DNA of 64,000 bases from Cyanobium sp. (GTDB taxonomy: Bacteria; Cyanobacteriota; Cyanobacteriia; PCC-6307; Cyanobiaceae), in the NCBI GenBank assembly GCA_040399505.1, contig JBBARZ010000002.1, positions 18,219 to 82,218 on the forward strand, given 5' to 3'. Numbering within the stretch: position 1 is the stretch's first letter; each line of letters opens with the position of its first letter. Below are positions 61,076-64,000 of this stretch, one piece after another. The notes under the pieces were generated by a model. It made no database searches, had not been told where the DNA came from, and saw only the letters and a list, made by a program, of their open reading frames with translations. The position numbers were made by a program, and so were the translations under genes.

Positions 61076-61783
61076 ATGCTTCCCCCTGATCTGCGCCAGG
61101 CTGAAGCTCAGCTCAGGGAGGCCCTGCGCGTTGCCCTGAAAAGCAATGGGAGCGGACGTTGGACGATCGAGCTTCGGTTTGAGGGTCTCAGACTCCTCCC
61201 CCTGGGGATGCGGTTGGCCCAAGCTCTAAAGGGAGAGGGGATGTCGCTGCGCGTGTTGTGCCCAGACGCGGGCGCCACGGCCCTGGCCCGCCGGGATCAC
61301 CCTGGGCTGGCGGCCCTGATTTCCAGCCTCAGCGACCACCGTCGGCTGCAACAAGAAGCGGCCGAGAGCCAAGAAAACGAACCTCATCCCTTATTGCTGG
61401 TGGTGGGCCCAGGCCCTTCGGATTACGAGCTGGTGGAAGGGGTCTGCATCAGCCATCCCGGGCCCGTTGTGCTCCTCAACCCGACGCTGGAAGACGGGGC
61501 CGTGGGCATCGGCAGTGTGGCCCGTGCCCGCCGCAAGGGTTTTCTCGCCCAGTGGCAGGTGGCCTATGCCCTTCAACCCTTCGCCAATGGCGCCCTTCGA
61601 CGGGCCTATCCGGGAGACTGGGAGCTCTACCGCCTGGATCCAGAGGGTTTCCGGCTGGCTGGAGCGTTCCCTCAGAAACCCAGCAGTGAGGAACAGGCTG
61701 AAACCCTGGCCGGGGAGATTCCTGGGGGGCTCAAACAACAGCTGCGGGGACTAGAGGATCTGATCGACAATCTGCAGCGCTGA
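61076..61783 (+). CDS. DUF1995 domain protein
   Basis: LP.DL..A, PDAGA.ALA.RD, LED.AVGIG..AR, GAL.R.YP..W motifs. Confidence 0.85.
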   Translation: MLPPDLRQAEAQLREALRVALKSNGSGRWTIELRFEGLRLLPLGMRLAQALKGEGMSLRVLCPDAGATALARRDHPGLAALISSLSDHRRLQQEAAESQENEPHPLLLVVGPGPSDYELVEGVCISHPGPVVLLNPTLEDGAVGIGSVARARRKGFLAQWQVAYALQPFANGALRRAYPGDWELYRLDPEGFRLAGAFPQKPSSEEQAETLAGEIPGGLKQQLRGLEDLIDNLQR

Positions 61784-61853
61784 GCCATCGGTGTGCATCG
61801 CTGCTGGTGCCAAAGGAGGAAGGCCCCTAAACTTCGCCGACTCTCAAACAGCC

Positions 61854-62393
61854 ATGGCCAGCAGATTCCCGAACTACGGATCCACCCCAAGGAGGCCATG
61901 GAGTCTTGTTGACCTCGGGGCTGGGTTGGCCGTGTTGTTGGCTGCCGGAGGCCTGGTCTGGAGCCCCAAACTATCCAGTGCGGTTGCCCGGGCCACTGGG
62001 GAAGAGGTGCCCGTCACCGTTTCCGTGGATGTGCGGAGTCAGCCCGCTGTGGACAGCGCCGGCCTGATTCGCGCTATCGAGGAAGAGGGCAAGGTGTCCA
62101 TTGTGATCCGCAATTCCCCCCACGGCTCGGTGAAAGTAGGGAAGGTGGAGCCACTTCCTCGCCGACTCACGATCCTCACCCCGGAGGGCAAGCTAGTTTC
62201 CACTCCTGACCCCAACCAGAAAACCTTCGGCACCTTTGACGCTCGATTCACCCTGGAAGGTCGAGGCCGGAAGGGTGGAGGCGGGGTGGTGTTCGGCAAC
62301 CAAACCTTGAAGATTGGTGCTCCAGTTGAACTCGAAGGATCTAATTATCGCTTTAGCGGCAATGTTACCAATCTTGTGATCGGCCCCTCCTGA
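61854..62393 (+). CDS. DUF4330 domain protein
   Basis: N-terminal TM; IRN.P.G, P.G.....DP, FG...LKIG.PVELEG..Y motifs. Confidence 0.82.
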   Translation: MASRFPNYGSTPRRPWSLVDLGAGLAVLLAAGGLVWSPKLSSAVARATGEEVPVTVSVDVRSQPAVDSAGLIRAIEEEGKVSIVIRNSPHGSVKVGKVEPLPRRLTILTPEGKLVSTPDPNQKTFGTFDARFTLEGRGRKGGGGVVFGNQTLKIGAPVELEGSNYRFSGNVTNLVIGPS

Positions 62394-62394
62394 T

Positions 62395-63702
62395 ATGCGT
62401 GATCTCCTTTCCCAATCAGGCCGATGGATAGGTGTGGGGCTCATGGCCCTAAGTCCTCTGTTGGCCAGCCACGGAGCCCTGGCCACTCCCGCCCTGCCGC
62501 CTCGCCAGGGGTGGCCTCGGCTCGTGCCCGTGATGCCTCTACCACCGCTCACTCCGGCCCTGGGAAGCCCGCAGCTGAGCATGGAGCCAAGCTGTCCAGC
62601 CCTGCAGCAGCGGCTTTTGGCCCAGCTGGCTGGTCAGAGTGAGGCCTGGAGCGTCTCCATTGCAGATGCCTCCGGTCGCCTACTTGCCGATGTGAATGGC
62701 ACCCGCTCCCGGGTACCGGCATCCAACCAGAAATTGGCAAGCACGGCCTTCGCCCTCGATCGGCTCGGCCCCGAATTCAGGCTCAACACACAGCTTTGGA
62801 GACTGGGTGATGGCACCTTGCGTCTCACCGGGCAAGGAGACCCTGATCTGGCCCTCCCCCATCTGCAGCGTTTTGCCCAGTTGGCCCTGCGCTCCGGGGG
62901 GAGTGCGGGGTCCTCTGGCACGGTGGTGCGCCTACAAGTGGCCGAAGAACCCAAACAAGCATGGTGGCCCCAGGGCTGGAATTATTCCGATCGGGCCTAC
63001 GCCTACGGGGCTCCGATCACCCGACTGGCGATCACCAGCAACGCTATTGATGATGCAGTCACCAACCCTATTTCACGCCTTCAGACCCTTCTCAAACGAA
63101 CGGCAGCCCAACAGGGTGGGGATATCCAGATGTCGCTTGTGCCTGCGGAACAGCCCCTGCCCGCTGATGCGGTGTTGCTTCACGAAGAGCCCTCCACGTC
63201 CATGGAGGGCTTGTTGAGCCTAGCCAACACCGAAAGCCACAATTTCACCGCCGAGGTGCTGCTTCGTTCAGGTGCCGGAACCTGGGATCTTCCGGAAGCC
63301 GTTAGGCGCCAAACTGTCTGGTTGAGCCAACAGGGGCTGCCCATGCAAGGCGTACGCATCGCCGATGGCAGCGGCCTTGATCGCACCAACAGACTCACAA
63401 GCCGATTCCTTACCGCGCTTCTCCTGCGTATGGATCAACATCCCTATGGGCGTACCTACGTGAGTTCCATGGCGATCGCGGGACGCAGAGGCACCCTTCG
63501 CAATCTGTATAACGGCACTAGCTTGGACGGGCGTGTCTATGCAAAAACGGGAACTCTTTCAGGAGTTCGTTCCATCAGTGGCCTATTGGTCACGGAAGCG
63601 GGCCCCCGTTATTTCAGTGCGATCTCCAATGGAGCGAGCACACCGAATGCCACCATTGGCCGGATCTTGAGGGACGCTCAAAATGTCAGCTTGTGTTTTT
63701 AA
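62395..63702 (+). CDS. dacB: D-alanyl-D-alanine carboxypeptidase/endopeptidase (PBP4, S13)
   Basis: PASNQK (SxxK), G.GDP.L, SHN (SxN), DGSGL, AKTGTL (KTG) motifs. Confidence 0.93.
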   Translation: MRDLLSQSGRWIGVGLMALSPLLASHGALATPALPPRQGWPRLVPVMPLPPLTPALGSPQLSMEPSCPALQQRLLAQLAGQSEAWSVSIADASGRLLADVNGTRSRVPASNQKLASTAFALDRLGPEFRLNTQLWRLGDGTLRLTGQGDPDLALPHLQRFAQLALRSGGSAGSSGTVVRLQVAEEPKQAWWPQGWNYSDRAYAYGAPITRLAITSNAIDDAVTNPISRLQTLLKRTAAQQGGDIQMSLVPAEQPLPADAVLLHEEPSTSMEGLLSLANTESHNFTAEVLLRSGAGTWDLPEAVRRQTVWLSQQGLPMQGVRIADGSGLDRTNRLTSRFLTALLLRMDQHPYGRTYVSSMAIAGRRGTLRNLYNGTSLDGRVYAKTGTLSGVRSISGLLVTEAGPRYFSAISNGASTPNATIGRILRDAQNVSLCF

Positions 63703-63730
63703 TCCCCAGTCCAGCTAAGTGAACTGGGGA
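63703..63730. terminator. Hairpin between convergent genes
   Basis: TCCCCAGT...ACTGGGGA 8-bp stem right after the dacB stop; no clear U-tract. Confidence 0.4.
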
Positions 63731-63760
63731 CACCATCAAGGAATACTGAAAGACCAGTGA

Positions 63761-64000
63761 TCAGCTGGCCAATCTGCCGGCTGCTGCACGGCGTAGACGT
63801 CCGGCAGCTTGTTGGGCACGGGCTCGCACCGCCCCGTTGGGATCTATGCCCTGGGATGGATCCCCAGAGGTGGTTTCCTTCCCTTGCACACGCATCAACT
63901 CCCTGCGGCCGCCCAAAACAATCTGGCTGAGGTCCTGCAGGCGGGTTTCCAGTTCCCCGAGCACCTGCTCGGCATAACGGTTAGCCCCTTCTTGGATGGC
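63761..64000 (-). CDS. DivIVA-like coiled-coil cell division protein (Cdv3-like), C-terminal part
   Basis: Frame is open to the window edge: ...IQEGANRYAEQVLGELETRLQDLSQIVLGGRREL, matching the GAD.YA..VL..LE..L.......GR..L tail pattern. Confidence 0.65.
   Translation of the reverse strand, partial: AIQEGANRYAEQVLGELETRLQDLSQIVLGGRRELMRVQGKETTSGDPSQGIDPNGAVRARAQQAAGRLRRAAAGRLAS

Noticed and set aside
1-64000. CRISPR arrays, IS elements, prophage, toxin-antitoxin or anti-phage defence loci
   Set aside because: No regularly spaced repeats, transposase, integrase, phage structural or defence-domain ORFs seen; MazG and the MBL nuclease sit in housekeeping contexts

Overview
GC-rich, gene-dense core-chromosome segment of a picocyanobacterium (Synechococcus/Cyanobium-like, inferred from petN, psaK, psb29/thf1, cyanobacterial hfq, purK-6S RNA linkage and DUF gene content). 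It holds about 66 intact housekeeping or conserved CDSs, a tRNA-Ser(GGA) and a 6S RNA. I saw no transposase, integrase, prophage structural gene, CRISPR array or recognisable defence system. I found no clear-cut new multi-gene system. The best leads are (i) a 13-bp inverted repeat with a competing local hairpin upstream of a secreted lambda-type lysozyme, (ii) a 54-aa membrane microprotein missed by the ORF track that links petN to cofH, (iii) a GluR0-like ligand-gated channel with a non-K+ filter sequence, (iv) an orphan wHTH-TPR regulator, (v) a 4-Cys domain fused to DapF next to a cysteine desulfurase, and (vi) a lysozyme-fold protein beside an amidase and an M61 peptidase. All calls come from motif recognition by eye with no database searches. 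Several start codons were moved from the ORF track and are approximate.
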